In this document: piece after piece, positions 25,355 through 39,261 of the stretch
How the letters are laid out: each line of letters starts with the position of its first letter
Position numbering within the stretch: position 1 is the first letter of the stretch
From: Octopus vulgaris
Lineage: Eukaryota
Assembly (NCBI GenBank): GCA_951406725.2
Contig: OX597818.1
Location: forward strand, 32,736,001-32,800,000
Direction: 5' to 3'
DNA: 64,000 nt
Program-made: the position numbers and the translations under genes
Notes under the pieces: generated by a model
Database searches by the model: none
What the model was told of the DNA's origin: nothing
The model's input: only the letters and a program-made list of their open reading frames with translations

Positions 25355-25809
25355 TATCGCCCCACCACCGTACATGTCTCTACGAGAGATTTAGAAATTC
25401 AATATTTCTTATTCTTATAATTGTTGCAACTATACGTGGGTCTTGTGTCGCGAGAATCAGTCTTCAGTCCTTTATTTTAGGCCTGGCTTTTGAGCCATTG
25501 ATGACTTTCTTTTAATGTTTGTCTATCGAGCTTTGCAGTGTATTGTCCGTAGAGAGAACTTTGCCCCCCACCACCACCATTTCTTCTTTAGTATGTTTTA
25601 TAATTGTGTATTCATTGTTATCCTTTTAAGCTGAGCTGGGGGTTTTTTTTTTAATTATTGTTTCAGTTTAGTTCGTTATCATTTCCTGATGTTTACTAAG
25701 AAGCAATTTTGCTTTTCATGTTGCTTTACTACATTTATGAGTTTTCCACTCTTTGTTTCTAAGTATTTGTCCAGTCCAACTGTTATCATTTTATAGAAAT
25801 TTTCTATTT

Positions 25810-26160
25810 ATGTCAGGCCACGCCCTACATCTCTGCGGGGTAGGTACACTCTGCCTATATATTTGCTTTAGGATGGTGATTGCCGTATGTTTTCAGTTGT
25901 TTCCTGGGTTTTCTATCTAAATTTTTTCAATTCACTTAGGTTCCAGTTTATCATATTGAAGCTGTAGTATATAAAAGGTATGTCTAACGTATTTATAGCA
26001 ATTTTCTTACTTCCAACACTGGGTTTAGTTTTCTTTATATTATTCTCATTCTTCTCAAGTGTCCTTCCTGATTTTACCCTCTTGTATTTTAACTGTTCCA
26101 TCTATTCTTAGGTATTTACATTGGTGATTGGGATCTAATTGTCTTTAGTGTCTATATCTA
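25810..26160 (-). pseudogene. Dong/R4-clade RT fragment
   Basis: KKIAINTLDIPFIYYSFNMINWNLSELKK.DRKPRKQL...NHHPKAN.GRVYLPRRDVGRGL. Confidence 0.8.
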
Positions 26161-26179
26161 GTGTAATATTCCCTGTACT

Positions 26180-26636
26180 CGGGCTGGCAGAATCGTTAGC
26201 ACACCGAGCAAAATGATTAGCGTCATTTCGTCCGTCTTCGTGCTCTGAGTTCTAATTCCACCAATGTTGACTTTGTCTCTCATCCTATCGGGGTCGATTG
26301 AATAAGCACCAGTTACGCATTGGGATCGATGCAATCGACTTAATCGCTTCCCCAAAATTTGAGGCCATGTGCTTCCAGTAGAAAGGATTATTATTATTAT
26401 TATTATTGTTATTATTATTATTAAGGCGGTGACCTGGCAGAACCGCTTGCACGCCAGGCAAAATGCTTAGCGGCATTTCGTCCGTCCTTACGTTCTAAGT
26501 TCAAATCCCGCTGAGGTCGACTTTGCCTTTCATCATTTCGGGGTCGATAAATTAAGTACCAGTTGAGTACTGGGGTTGACTAGATCGACTGTCCCCAGCC
26601 TCACAAAATCCAGGACTTGTGCCTATTGTAGAAAGG
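26180..26636 (+). mobile_element. Two older SINE family B copies separated by (ATT)n
   Basis: Family core present twice, with the alternative GGCCTTGTGCC...AGAAAGGATTATT tail. Confidence 0.8.
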
Positions 26637-26653
26637 ATTATTATTATTATTAC

Positions 26654-26730
<77 letters not shown>

Positions 26731-27038
26731 CAGTGGAATCACTTTCCATTATATTCCTCCAACAGTTACTGTGATTCTTATGAACATATTCCAAGGAAAG
26801 CATATCACTTTTATGAAAATTACGTGTAAGAGGTTTCGTTCATGTTTTGCTAATTATATCATACGTGAGGCCATGAGTAATGTCTTCACGACATGAAAGT
26901 CCAAATATCATTCTCATTACTTCAGCATGAGCTCTTATTGCTGGAAAGGCATGGTTTTGTTTTGAATTCATTTTAGTTATGATGACAAATAATTAATTGA
27001 TATTGTTGTATCGTCCAGATCAACTGTAATGAAGTACA

Positions 27039-27352
27039 GTGGAGGCGCAATGGCCCAGTGGTTAGGGCAGCGGACTCGCGGTCGTAGGATCGCGGTTTCG
27101 ATTCCCAGACCGGTCGTTGTGAGTGTTTATTGAGTGAAAACACCTAAAGCTCCACGAGGCTCCGGCAGGGAATGGTGGTGATCCCTGCTGTACTCTTTCA
27201 CCACAACTTTCTCTCACTCTTACTTCCTGTTTCTGTTGTACCTGTATTTCAAAGGGCCGGCCTTGTCACTCTGTGTCACGCTGAATCTCCCCCGAGAACT
27301 ACGTTAAGGGTACACGTGTCTGTGGAGTGCTCAGCCACTTACACGTTAATTT
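27039..27352 (+). mobile_element. SINE family C, 3'-truncated
   Basis: tRNA-like head GGAGGCGCAATGGCCCAGTGGTTAGGGCAGCGG...GGTTTCGATTCCC; near-identical to 50194-50581. Confidence 0.9.
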
Positions 27353-27504
27353 CAGCTATGGTTAGAAGTATTCTAATCTTAACTTTTCGTCGTTCTATTC
27401 AGTGTACTATTTATCCCCACTTAAACATGAATGTTCTATTAGGACAAACTTTACTGCGGTACATACCACGATAGAAACACTCGTATTGACGTTTTAGTGA
27501 AATA

Positions 27505-28066
27505 TTGGGTTATCCGGAAAGTTCATTCCGATTTTTAAAGGAAAGAAAAAGGTCAATAAATACTTGCCATTACATTTTTAATCAACCAAATATGAACCAT
27601 TTTGTTGCACGATGCGTCTCCATCTTTCCTTTAACTTCAAAATACCCTCTTCCCAGAATTGAGATGGTTCCATGGCAAAGGATTCATCAAGGTATCTTTT
27701 TACGTCATCCAAGGAATTGACATTTTTACCATTAAGACTATTCTGTAGAGACCTGAATAAGTGGAAATCCGAAGGAGCAATATCTAATAAATATGAAGAG
27801 TGGGGTAACACATCCCAGCCGAGCTGCAGCAATTTTTGTCTGGTTCCCAAAGCATCAAGTGCCGAAAATGAACTTTCTTATCTTCCATTTAAAGGGATAC
27901 AGAATTAACACAGGTAATAGGAACATAAATCTTCCAGGAAAAGATAACTTAAACTGTGCTCTAAATGGAGGTGTAGTCAAATCCTATTTTATGAACTCAA
28001 CCATGTTCTAAAATAAGTCGAAAGGTAAGCTACTATAAATCGGCACGAATTTTCCGGACAACTCAA
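27505..28066 (-). mobile_element. Internally deleted mariner (Tc1/mariner) transposon
   Basis: TA-flanked TIRs TTGGGTTATCCGGAAAGTTCATTCCGATTT / AAATCGGCACGAATTTTCCGGACAACTCAA; ORF 27578-27850 LGWDVLPH..Y..DIAPSDFHLFRSLQN...GILKLKERW. Confidence 0.93.
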
Positions 28067-28577
28067 TAATATTTGTTCTAACAGAACATCCACAGTTAAT
28101 TGGAGATAAATATTACATCTCGGCATTAATATTAACTCTGTCGCAAATATATATATATATTTTTTAACAAGCTAACTGGCTAATCGCGACACCAGCGCCT
28201 GTCGTGGTACCGTCAATTTATGTATCGGTAGCGGGGAGATAAATCGCTGCGGCCTATAACGATTGAGCGTCCATCATTGACAAGACCAAACAAAGTCGAA
28301 ATCATATGGTCTGGTGGTCTCGGTGCTGGTGGTAGCGAGGATTTATCTCCCCGCTGGCGATATAAACAAAAGTGCATTTTGCACCAAGTCAATACGAGAG
28401 TTTCTGCCCTGGTAAGTAACGTAGTACAGTATAGACCATTCATTTTTGAGTGGAGATAAACATTACTTCTCACTGTTAATACTGCTTCTAAAGTTAATGT
28501 ACATCTAAACAGTGTATCTTAGACAGTGTACCTACAGCTGTATTATCTAACTGCCCTTCTTTGTTTAACGACATTTA

Positions 28578-28837
28578 AAATAAAATAAATGCGCCCTTTT
28601 AAAACCTAACCAGGCTCATGGGCCCGGTTTCTTGGTTTCTATGGCGTATGTGTTCCCCAGCTGGACGGGATGCCAGTCCATCGCAGCGTTACTCATTTTT
28701 GCCAGCTGAATGAACTAGGACAACGTGAAATGAAGTGCTTTGCTCAAGAACACAACGCGTCGCCCGATCCAGGAATCGAAACCACAATCTTACGATCATG
28801 GTGCTGACACCCTAACCACTGCGCCACGCGCCTCCAC
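28578..28837 (-). mobile_element. SINE family D
   Basis: Family match; TSD TTAACGACATTTA. Confidence 0.9.
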
Positions 28838-29408
28838 TTAACGACATTTACATGTGGCAAAAGGCAAACTTTGTTGATATTTCTAGTTGATAAGCTTCCT
28901 CGTAAGCTCGCTTAGTTGAAACAATAGTGGATGTGTAAATGTGTTAATAATGTGGTTAGCACATTTATAGCGATTAAGATACGTTATTATTTAAGAGACG
29001 TTGCCCCAAGTAAATATAACAATATCTAAACGGTTAGTAGTGTTGTTGATGATGATAATGATCATCTCTACATTCTGTTGGATGAAACACTTTAGATGTC
29101 TTCGGTTGATTGTATAATGAGTGTGCGATTGTTTTTCGTCGTAGATTATAACACAAGGTCGTTACACCTTAAAGAAAAAGCACGTAATCAATACTCGGTT
29201 GATTGAACTCAGAGGAAGAATAAATTGTGCAAGCATTGAACCAAACCTAAATAAAGCTTTAAGTATGCACACAAGGAAAATGAACAATATTCACACACAC
29301 ACACACATACACACACACATACTCGCACACACACACGCACACAAACACACGCATACAGTCAATATATAGCTATTACTTTGTTATGTTTGGATGCATACAT
29401 ATCTTTTA

Positions 29409-29799
29409 TACTCTTTACTCTTTTACTCTTTTACTTGTTTCAGTCATTTGACTGCGGCCATGCTGGAGCACCGCCTTTTAGTCGAGCAAATCGACCCAGG
29501 GACATATTCTTTGTAAGCCCAGTACTTATTCTATCGGTCTCTTTTGCCGAACCGCTAAGTCACGGGGATGTAAACACACCAGCATCAGTTGTCAAGCAAT
29601 GCTAGGGGGACAAACACAGACACACAAACATACACACACACACACATATATATACATATATACAAGAGGCTTCTTTCAGTTTCCGTCTACCAAATCCACT
29701 CACAAGGCATTGGTCGGCCCGTGGCTATAGCAGAAGACTGAACCCGGAACCATGTGGCTGGTTAGCAAGCTACTTACCACACAGCCACTCCTGCGCCTA
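29409..29799 (-). mobile_element. SINE family A
   Basis: Family match. Confidence 0.9.
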
Positions 29800-30555
29800 T
29801 TTATCTGTATTTGTGTATGCATAGTGTTATGTCGCATGTTCGAATGCCTTCTACCTCAGCTCTGATCTTCTCTTCTCTTCGTCCATTGACGTCTAGGCTT
29901 CTCTCTATATATCTACGTATTGAGCTAGCCTACTTCATCGTCTAGGGGCGTCCACACAACACATATACATGCATAAATGCATACACACATGCATATACAT
30001 ACGCATAGCACACACATATAAATAACCTTTTGTGACTTTTCTACTGGTAAATCTCTTTCTCTGTAATGATCTTTTACGTCATCCTTTCCAGGTATTTGCT
30101 TACATTCTAACTTGTGAACAGATTCCGACTCACATTGCAGCTGAAAAAAGGTAGGGCAAAAGAAGGAACGAGATGTAAATGTCACGTCTCTGTCGGAAAT
30201 ATTTTCATACACTTTTGAAAATCAATGTTTCCTTTTTGCCAGACATAAACACGTTAATTAATATACCTCGACGATGCTAGAAGTGCAAGCTTAAAAAGAA
30301 CCATGAACACAAATATAGCATATCCGTGCACACGCACAGGTAGACACATAAAACCTTTCTTCAGCTATCTCATCTAGTTCCACCTATTAAATATAATAAT
30401 TTAGCATCTCAAAATTATCATAGTTTGGAGATATTTCGATTCCTGATTGTCTTAACGACGGTGAGGTTACATCCTAGTCTTAACCACGATCTTTCTTGAA
30501 AGCTATTCACTGTGAGAACTTGCAGTGAGCATTCTTTGAGACTTTGAATCCTTAT

Positions 30556-30610
<55 letters not shown>

Positions 30611-30664
30611 CATACATAATACATACATATATATATACATACATATATACATACTTACACATAC

Positions 30665-30698
<34 letters not shown>

Positions 30699-30807
30699 CG
30701 GAGTAAACACATAAATGTGAAACAAGGTGGAAAAAAGAGTACTCACATATCAGTGGTAGAGTAATATGCTTTATAAGCAGCAGAAAATATATATATATAT
30801 ATATATA

Positions 30808-31230
30808 CGAAAAAACAAGTCAAGATAGAAAATGCTAAAATAATTTTATAAAGAACATTTCAGTACCGGCTTCAGTCATTTTGCGACCTTTTCAACTGTA
30901 ACGATTAAATAATTAAATTTAGAAAAATTAAAAGAAAAGTTTTTTTAAAAGAATATTTGTATAGTGTTCAAATATAAGTGGCATTTTCCTTGTTTCTGCC
31001 TTTCTCTGTCTCTCTTGTTTACACTTGTGGGTTCGTGGTCGTTGTGAATTCTTGGTAGGGAAGAAGAACAAGAAGAAAAAGGATGAGGAGAAGGGTGGAG
31101 GTGGGAGAATTTGGTAATGCCTTGATTGTCGTATTTTGAGAGGTCAGTGGTGGCTAGCAGTTGCTGTTCAATTCATGAGAATATTTCTATTGAAAGGTTT
31201 GTTTATAGAATTTGCGTAGGTGTTATACTA
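30808..31230 (-). mobile_element. Probable truncated Penelope-like 3' end abutting (TA)n, with a variant hammerhead-like fold
   Basis: Minus 30861-30898: CAG UUGAAAA GGUC..GACU GAAG CCGG UA CUG; ends in (TA)n; a second short TA-embedded insert lies at 30698-30788. Confidence 0.4.
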
Positions 31231-31309
31231 AAAAGCATTAGTGATAAAGTTAGGAGGTAGAAGGGGGAGAAGAAGAAGAAGAAGATGATGATGATGATGA
31301 TGATGATGA

Positions 31310-31342
<33 letters not shown>

Positions 31343-32365
31343 TGATGATAATGATGATGTTGAAGAAGAAGAAGAAGAAGAAGAAGAAGAAGAAGAAGAA
31401 GAAGAAGAAGAAGAAGAAGAAGAAGAAGAAGAAGAAGAAGAAAGAGAAGGGAGAATATGAATGAGTGGAAGTAGTGAGGTATTGTATGACTTAAAGTTGG
31501 CACGTTATGGGTTATAGCTGTGATTAGGGCTGATTTATAATGGATTCTTAGGAATGTAATATTTGCGTGTGTATTTGTGTTATTCTAAAGCCGAGGTGGA
31601 TATATCATTTGTCGATATATATTCTTGTGGTTGTGCTTCCCTACCCTGCTTGACAATAAGCATTGATTTTTGTTAAGTCACATAACTTAGTAATTCAGTA
31701 AAAGAAACCGATAGAATATGCGTCAGTCTAAAAAGAAGTACAGAGATTTATTTGATTGGCCCTTCAAGGTGATACCTTCGTATGACTGCAGTTCAATGAC
31801 TGAAATAAGTAAAAATAAAGAAGAAGTTAATATCATTACAACTAAACTCCCTTTGTATCCTAAGCAATACACACTGACGCAAAAACATCTCATCAGAAAT
31901 CACCCTTCTATTCTTCATATTTATCTACAAATACTTCTGAACAAATAATTCCGATGCTTTCCTCGGATCATCTACCAATTATTATTACAACACACTCGCA
32001 CATTAATGAAAAGAAAGAAAAAAACATATTCAGAAACTAAAAGAAGCACAATAAACAGTAGGAGTCACAACATGAAACATATGCAAGGTTTTTGAGAATC
32101 GGACATGAAAATCCTCAGCTTAGATACTGTAGTAAAAGCATTCTACAGAATAATGCTTAATGCTTCGGAGTAATGTATCGCACAAAGCAACAATTAAAGT
32201 ACAAATCCCATTACACACTAGAAATATTCAACCACATATAAAACCAGCGACTAGCCTAAGCAGAATACGTTGAATTTATATACAAATGTAATAATTTCGG
32301 CATCAAAAAAGTAAATAATGAAATACCAAGTAATTAACTAAATGAATAACAGAAAATATGCAAAT

Positions 32366-32530
32366 GGGCGTAGGAGGGGCTGTGTGTGGTAAGTAGCTTG
32401 CTTACGAATTACATGGTTCCGGGATCAGTTCCACTGCGTGGCCCCTTGGGCAAGTGTCTTTTACTATAGCCTCTAACCAACCAAAGCCTCGTGAAAGAAG
32501 TCAGTCGTGTATATATACATATACATACAT

Positions 32531-32601
<71 letters not shown>

Positions 32602-32924
32602 TGTATGTATGTATGTATTTATGTATGTATGTATGTATGTATGTATGTATGTATGTATTTATGTATGTATGTATGTATGCATGTATGTATGTGTGTGTGT
32701 ATATGTTTTTGTGTATGTGTTTGCCCCCCCCCCCCCAACATCGCTTGACAACCGATGCTGGTGTGTTTACGTCCCCGTAACTTAGCAGTTCGGCAAAAGA
32801 GGCCGATAGAATAAGTACTAGGCTTCCAAAGAATAAGTCCTAGGGTCGAATTGCTCGACTAAAGGCGGCGCTCCAGCATGGCCACAGTCAAATGACTGAA
32901 ACAAGTTAAAGAGTAAATGAGTAA
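32366..32924 (+). mobile_element. SINE family A with expanded (TATG)n
   Basis: Family match. Confidence 0.88.
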
Positions 32925-33699
32925 TTCTCGCAGATTTTGTGAACACTTAGAGGCTCCCACCCACTGTTTTCAGATAGTGATGGTTGTTTCCATGCACCCG
33001 TCATCCCCTTAGAGTCACTAACCTCTGTTTTCGAAGTGTCAGTTGGTCTCTTAATTACTGATAAGCATTGCCTTCTGGAATAACATTTTGTAGAAGACTC
33101 ACTGGAATTTGTAATTGGTCTGCTATGAAGAATTCAATGATGGAATGTTTCAGACATCAATTACCAGGATATGTTATGATATGGAACATTGTGGCAGGTG
33201 TTTCTGTTCAGAAAGTCAAGTGCCAAGAATTTTTCGGGAATTACTTTATTGAGAATATTTTTTGTGATGGCATCATAAAAGGTTTGCTTATTACGCCATG
33301 TTAAAGTAAACTCTAGATATTGCAAGCATTATCGAATAAATCTGGAGATATTGTATGTATTTTTGTTCATTAAATACTTTCACACATTTTCATTTATATC
33401 AGAATTTCAACTGAAAGATACTAAGCATGCTTTGAATAGATACATGAAATATAGAGCTCAATCTTTAGATAACGGGGGCAAAATGACTGTGAAGTTATGT
33501 GAAGCAATGATAAGAAAGAGCAGCCAAGAGTTTTGTGGCAGCTAAATTTGCTGTTAATTATTTTAAAAAATTCATTCAAGGGGACTGGATTGAAAACTTC
33601 ATTAGGGTGTAAGGAAAGTACTTTGTCAGAGGGTTCTGGTTACTCATGCAGTTGTTTAAATCCTGCAAAGGTCAACTTGAAATTTTATGTTTTCTGCAT

Positions 33700-34132
33700 C
33701 GAAAACAGGGCTATTCAAGAGAAAAAACCTAATCGGCAGCATGGAGTTCTTCTGCTGCATGACAACGCCCACCCTCATATCGCCAATATGACCAAGGAAG
33801 CCATTCAAACACATGGATGGGAAGTGCTGCCACACCCGCCGTACTCTCCTGATTTGGCACCAACGAATTTCCACCTCTTTCGATCTCTTTTAAATGTTAT
33901 GCGTAGAGTTTCGTTCAATATTGATGCAGAATTGGGAGCTTGGTTGGATCAATATTTCCGAGCCGAAATCGGGTGATTTCTACCAACGAGGTATTGAAAA
34001 TCTTGTTGAACGTTGGGAAGAAGTTGTAAACAACAAGGGTGAATACATTATTGATTAATTAGTTATTTTTTATTAAACCTTTTACAAAAATTAAATTTAA
34101 AAAAAACCGCGGGAACTTAGTTGCGAACCCAA
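33700..34132 (+). mobile_element. Mariner transposase 3' fragment with right TIR
   Basis: VLLLHDNAHPH...GWEVLPHPPYSPDLAPTNFHLFRSL...FYQRGIENLVERWEEVVNNKGEYIID*; TIR ...GAACTTAGTTGCGAACCCAA followed by TA. Confidence 0.93.
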
Positions 34133-35107
34133 TAGTAAAAGAAGATGGATATATATTTGGAGTGAGTGCTAAAATATCCCATCCAGTGATAGTATAGATA
34201 AAAAGGATTGCTCAGGTATTCCTAAGAGGGAAGAGAAGGAAAAAGCCTGGATATTGAATGTCCACAAGCTATTGACTAGATTTGAAGGTTAAAGTGTTTG
34301 TTTTTCGTCGAGAACCTAAGAAGAATTATTGTTTGTTCTTGGTCATGGCATATTGTTTGTTCTCCCAATAATTACGAAGAAGTATTTACACTTTAGATAT
34401 AAAATAAGTTCTCATCTTCTCATCATTGTTCCATTGATTTCTTCTGGATTTTCTGTCAGCATTAAGTGAAAGAAAAGAGATAACTTCTACGAAATGGCAT
34501 TTCTATTCCCTTACCCCCATAAAAATATCAATAAAGTTATATTTTAGTTGTTGTTTTTTTAAAATTACATTAACATTTTCGAATCCCATCGTTTTTAATT
34601 AATACCTCCACCTTGTGTATTACCGCACATAAAGTATTTAAGTATAGAAGTCACCTTAGAAGTTCAGTGATCCATAAACAGAATAAACAGATTTTTAAAT
34701 ATTTGGTGATGTTAACCTTTTGAAGTTAAAGCTGCGGTATTGAATTATGTAAATATTTAATATCTTCTGGAGAGAACGATATCCATATGTCACAGATTGC
34801 ATCAAACAACTCCTGTGGAGTTCGACATTTGGATTCTGGTTACAAAGTTCCCGATTTGAACTGAAGTCATATATTTTCAATGATATTCAAGAGAGGGAAC
34901 TGGAAAGAGTATGATATATAGTCGCGGTGCCATTTACTTTTTTTTTTGTCTTCTTACATATTTTTTCATTTCGGAACCGGAAGAATCTATCAATGAAAAA
35001 GCAGCAGTCTTCAAGTAATTGTGGAAGGTGAAAAATATTTTGGAACACTGAAGATCTTTTCACCATTCTCAGAATCAAAACCTCTTAATAAATTAGACAT
35101 TTCTATA

Positions 35108-35517
35108 CCTATTTCTTTACTACGCACAAGGGGCTACACACAGAGGGGACAAACAAGGACAGACAAACGAATTAAGTCGATTATATCGACCCCAGTGCGT
35201 AACTAGTATTTATTTAATCGACCCCGAAAGGATGAAAGGCAAAGTCGACCTCGGCGGAATTTGAACTCAGAACGTAGCGACAGATGAAATACCTATTTCT
35301 TTACTACCCACAATGGGCTAAACACAGAGGGGACAAACAAGGACAGACAAACGAATTAAGTCGATTATATCGACCCCAGTGCGTAACTAGTACTTATTTA
35401 ATCGCTCCCGAAAGGATGAAAGGCAAAGTCGACCTCGGCGGAATTTAAACTCAGAACGTAGCGGCATACGAAATACCGCCACGCATTTCGTCCGGCGTGC
35501 TAACGTTTCTGCCAGCT
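35108..35517 (-). mobile_element. SINE family B head-to-tail dimer
   Basis: Two units joined at GAAATACC|TATTTCTTTAC. Confidence 0.9.
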
Positions 35518-36342
35518 TAAAAAACCGTTTATAAGATGATGAGAGGGACACTTATGGATACAGTAAACACATCAGCATCACTTAACCCCATGTGTTAGTC
35601 AGCCGCCAGAAAATATTACAGATTTCTAACAGACATTTCGAAACATTCTATCCATACGTAGGACATAAAGTAACAGTAACCCATTCACATTTTAGTTTCG
35701 AATCCACCATTTTACTCTCGCTTCATATAGATTTTTCGTAGAGAAAAATTTACTATTTACTATTTTCTGCACGGATGGTATTTCTATTAAATTTACTTGT
35801 GATATCCAACAGTATACTTCCACTATTAGATTTCGCGTGTGTAATGAACCATATGCAACTCCTCCAGCTAATCATCGTTTCCACTTCATCGCCCAATAAC
35901 ATTTTTTGCTAAATCTACCTGCTTGTAAGTTCTGGAATCGCTACAACCTTACCATCACTAATGATTTATGTCTATCTTGAAGCTGTACAAGAGAGGATTG
36001 TCTTTTATATCCTGCAATAACTCATTTTTTATTTCGATCACATGCTAACTTCACTATTTGGTCAGTCTTCAGTAATGCTGGCCACGATAAACACATGCCT
36101 AACAGTAACTTTTAGGTAAGAAAATAACGGCGTAAGTTTAACGAACAGATTTCATATTATATAGAAGTGGTTGACTTTCTACTGCGTGGAGCATTCCATT
36201 TAAATCACTATCAATGGAAAAATAAGTTTTAGACGATACTTACGACACACACACACACACACACATATAAACTTAGATAAAACTTAGATATGTTTCGACC
36301 AAAGATTGGTCCAGGCCATGTCTAACTTAATAGCATCACCTG

Positions 36343-36408
<66 letters not shown>

Positions 36409-36485
36409 GCATGCATGTATGTACACATATTTAGACACAGGATGCGTTGTCATAGAGTAAGATATGTATATCAGTACCTTTATGT

Positions 36486-36524
<39 letters not shown>

Positions 36525-36968
36525 CCTATCTATGTGTTTGTCTGTCTGTCTGTCTATCTATTATTTTCTAACTTTGAGTTCATTTTATGTATTAGCCTTT
36601 CCATTGCATAATATTATTTCTTGACTTTATTCAATATTTCTATGTTTATTTCTTTGCTTTCATCTCCTTCCAAACATTTATATAGTTGATTCTGTGTCTG
36701 ATCTAATTTTATTAATATCGGTCAATTTGCAACTTCTGATGACAGCATTTATATTATAAAGAAATGCAAATTCATTCAATTAACTACTTATTAATATATT
36801 AATCTAATCAATCTCAGTTTCATCTTTGTCTTGGTGAATAAATGAAGAATCTTAGCAGGATTACCAAACGGTTTTCTTTTCTAAATATTTCAGAATCTTC
36901 AAGAAATGCGGAATGGCTTGTATATTGTTTGTTATATCTATACCCAGCGTTGCATTCGTTTCGCTGGT

Positions 36969-37378
36969 TTACTCTTTTACTTGTTTCAGTCATTTGACTG
37001 TGGCCATGCTGGAGCACCGCCTTTAGTCGAGCAAATCGACCCCAGGACTTATTCTGTGTAAGCCTAGTACTTATACTATCGGTCTCTTTTGCCGAACCAC
37101 TAAGGTACGGGGACATAAAATAACCAGCATCGGTTGTCAAGCGATGTTGGGGGGGACAAACAGAGACACACAAACATATACACACGCACATACATATATA
37201 CCTATACATATATACGACGGGTTTCTTTCAGTTTCCATCTGCCAAATCCAATCAAAAGGCTTTGGTCGGTCCGAGGCTATAGTAGAAGACACTTGCCCAA
37301 GGTGCGACGCAATGGGACTGAACCCGGAACAATATGGTTGGTAAGCAAGCTACTTACCACACAGCCACTTTTACGCCT
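36969..37378 (-). mobile_element. SINE family A
   Basis: Family match. Confidence 0.9.
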
Positions 37379-37677
37379 TTGTTAACGTGATCAGAGCTAG
37401 GCAGAAACGAAGAAGCGATAAGAAAGCTACGTTGAATATTTATCTCCTAATAGGTATTTAGCTGAGCTTAATTATCTGCCCTTGGCTTTTTAATAGCCTT
37501 GTCTTCCATTTTGACGTAGCGTGCTTGATGTAACCTGTTAGCCTGTGAGTGCATTATTAATGTCGATTGAGTCCAGTATGTGCGTGGTACACTATGGACT
37601 GATTTTTGGTTATCTCTTCAGGTCATTCTAAAGTTTGCCTTCCCAGATTCACGGTTTTCTACAACAACAACACTTAT

Positions 37678-38195
37678 AATCCTTTCTACTAAAGGCACAA
37701 GGCCTGAAATTTTCGATGTGGAGTTACGTCGATTACAACGAACTCAGTACTCAACTGATACTTATTTTATCGACCCCTAAAGGATGAAAGGCAAAGTCAA
37801 CCTCGGTGGAATTTGAACTTTGAATATTTCGCCGCTTTAACTATAATAATAATAATGATTTCAAATTTTGGTGCAAGGCCAGCAACTTCGAAGCGGCGAT
37901 GAAAGTTTATTACATTGACCCTAGTACACAACTAGTACTTATTTTAGTGACCCTAAAAGAAGAATAATGGTTTCAAATTTTTGTACAAATCCTGCAATGA
38001 CCACAGTCAAATGACTGAAACAAGTAAAAGAGTAATAGGCAAAAAGCTTTAAAATAGTGTTTGTGTGTATATATGTGTATGTGTGGGGGGAACTAGTCAT
38101 TTACATTGACCCCAGTACTTGACTGGTATGCATTTCATCGATAACGGAAGGATGAAAGGCAAAGTTGACCTCGACGGCATTTTAATTCAGAATGA
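37678..38195 (-). mobile_element. Cluster of degenerate SINE family B/A fragments
   Basis: AAGGATGAAAGGCAAAGT core at about 37780 and 38150; ATGACTGAAACAAGTAAAAGAG at about 38010. Confidence 0.7.
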
Positions 38196-38395
38196 AACAA
38201 AGGCATCGGAGGGTGATGCATATTCTGCGCACTGATAAGTTTTTTTCGCAAAACGTTGTGTGGCTTACTATGCGTTACTTACCCATGCATTTTAATTGAA
38301 CTGAATTTATTTTTTAAGTATCACCGTTTTAGGTATTTATACTCCGGTGAAATTAAGAAATCAGCTCTTAAATAAACGAAACTTTAGAATCTATC

Positions 38396-38433
<38 letters not shown>

Positions 38434-38473
38434 CACACACACACACGTATCTATGCTTGTATTTATGTATTTA

Positions 38474-38922
38474 TGGCGGCGAGCTGGCAGAAACGTTAGC
38501 ACGGTGGGCGAAAGGCTGAGCCGTATTTCGTCTGCCGTTACGTTCTGAGTTCAAATTCCGCCGAGGTCGACTCTGCCTTTCATCCTTTCGGGCTCGATAA
38601 ATTAAGTACCAGCTACGCACTGGGGTCGATGTAATCGGCTTAACCCCCTTGTCTGTCCTTGTTTGCCCCCTCTATGTTTAGCCCCTTGTGGGCAATAAAG
38701 AAATAAGAAACGTTAGCATGCCAGCTGAAAGGCCTAGCGGTATTTCGTCTGTCTTTACGTTCTGAGTTCAAATTCCGCCAAGTTTGACTTTACCTTTCAT
38801 CCTTTCGGGGTCGATAAATTACGTACCAGTTACGCACTGGGGTCGATATAATCGACTTAATCCGTTTGTCGTGTCCTTGTTTGTCCCCTCTATGTTTACC
38901 CCTTGTTGGCAATAAAGAAATA
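38474..38922 (+). mobile_element. SINE family B head-to-tail dimer
   Basis: Second unit restarts at AGAAACGTTAGC directly after the AATAAAGAAATA tail. Confidence 0.9.
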
Positions 38923-38944
38923 TGTATTTATGTGTTTGAACATA

Positions 38945-39095
38945 ATCAAACCAAATTTTGATCATTTCGAGCCACTCACCCAATGAGTATTTTTGCGAAA
39001 TTTGGTGAAAATCGGTTCAGCCATTTTCCAGTAATTTTTGCAAACACACAGACAAAATTACAATATTCTGCTTTCGTTTACGTGCGCAGAGTAAC
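38945..39095 (+). mobile_element. Helentron/HINE-like fragment
   Basis: AAATTTGGTGAAAATCGGTTCAGCC...ACACACAGACA...CTGC..GCAGAGTAA layout; recognised by pattern only. Confidence 0.35.
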
Positions 39096-39261
39096 AAAAA
39101 GACGGAAGAAATGCAACTAAGCATTATGTCAGGCGTCCTAACGATTCTATATGCTAGCATTTTTTATTGGCCACAAGAGAATAAAAACAAAACATAAAAC
39201 AATACAAAAAGTTTCGTTTTTGGATTTGGTTTGCAAGATTCTTTATATGAGTTCGTGTGCA

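Noticed and set aside
27039-27115. tRNA genes at SINE heads (also 16056-16131, 22911-22985)
   Set aside because: No proper acceptor stem, and they continue into SINE bodies
33060-33660. Possible decayed hAT transposase (AFWNNIL..., AAKSF...NYFK)
   Set aside because: Similarity too weak by eye; needs tBLASTx
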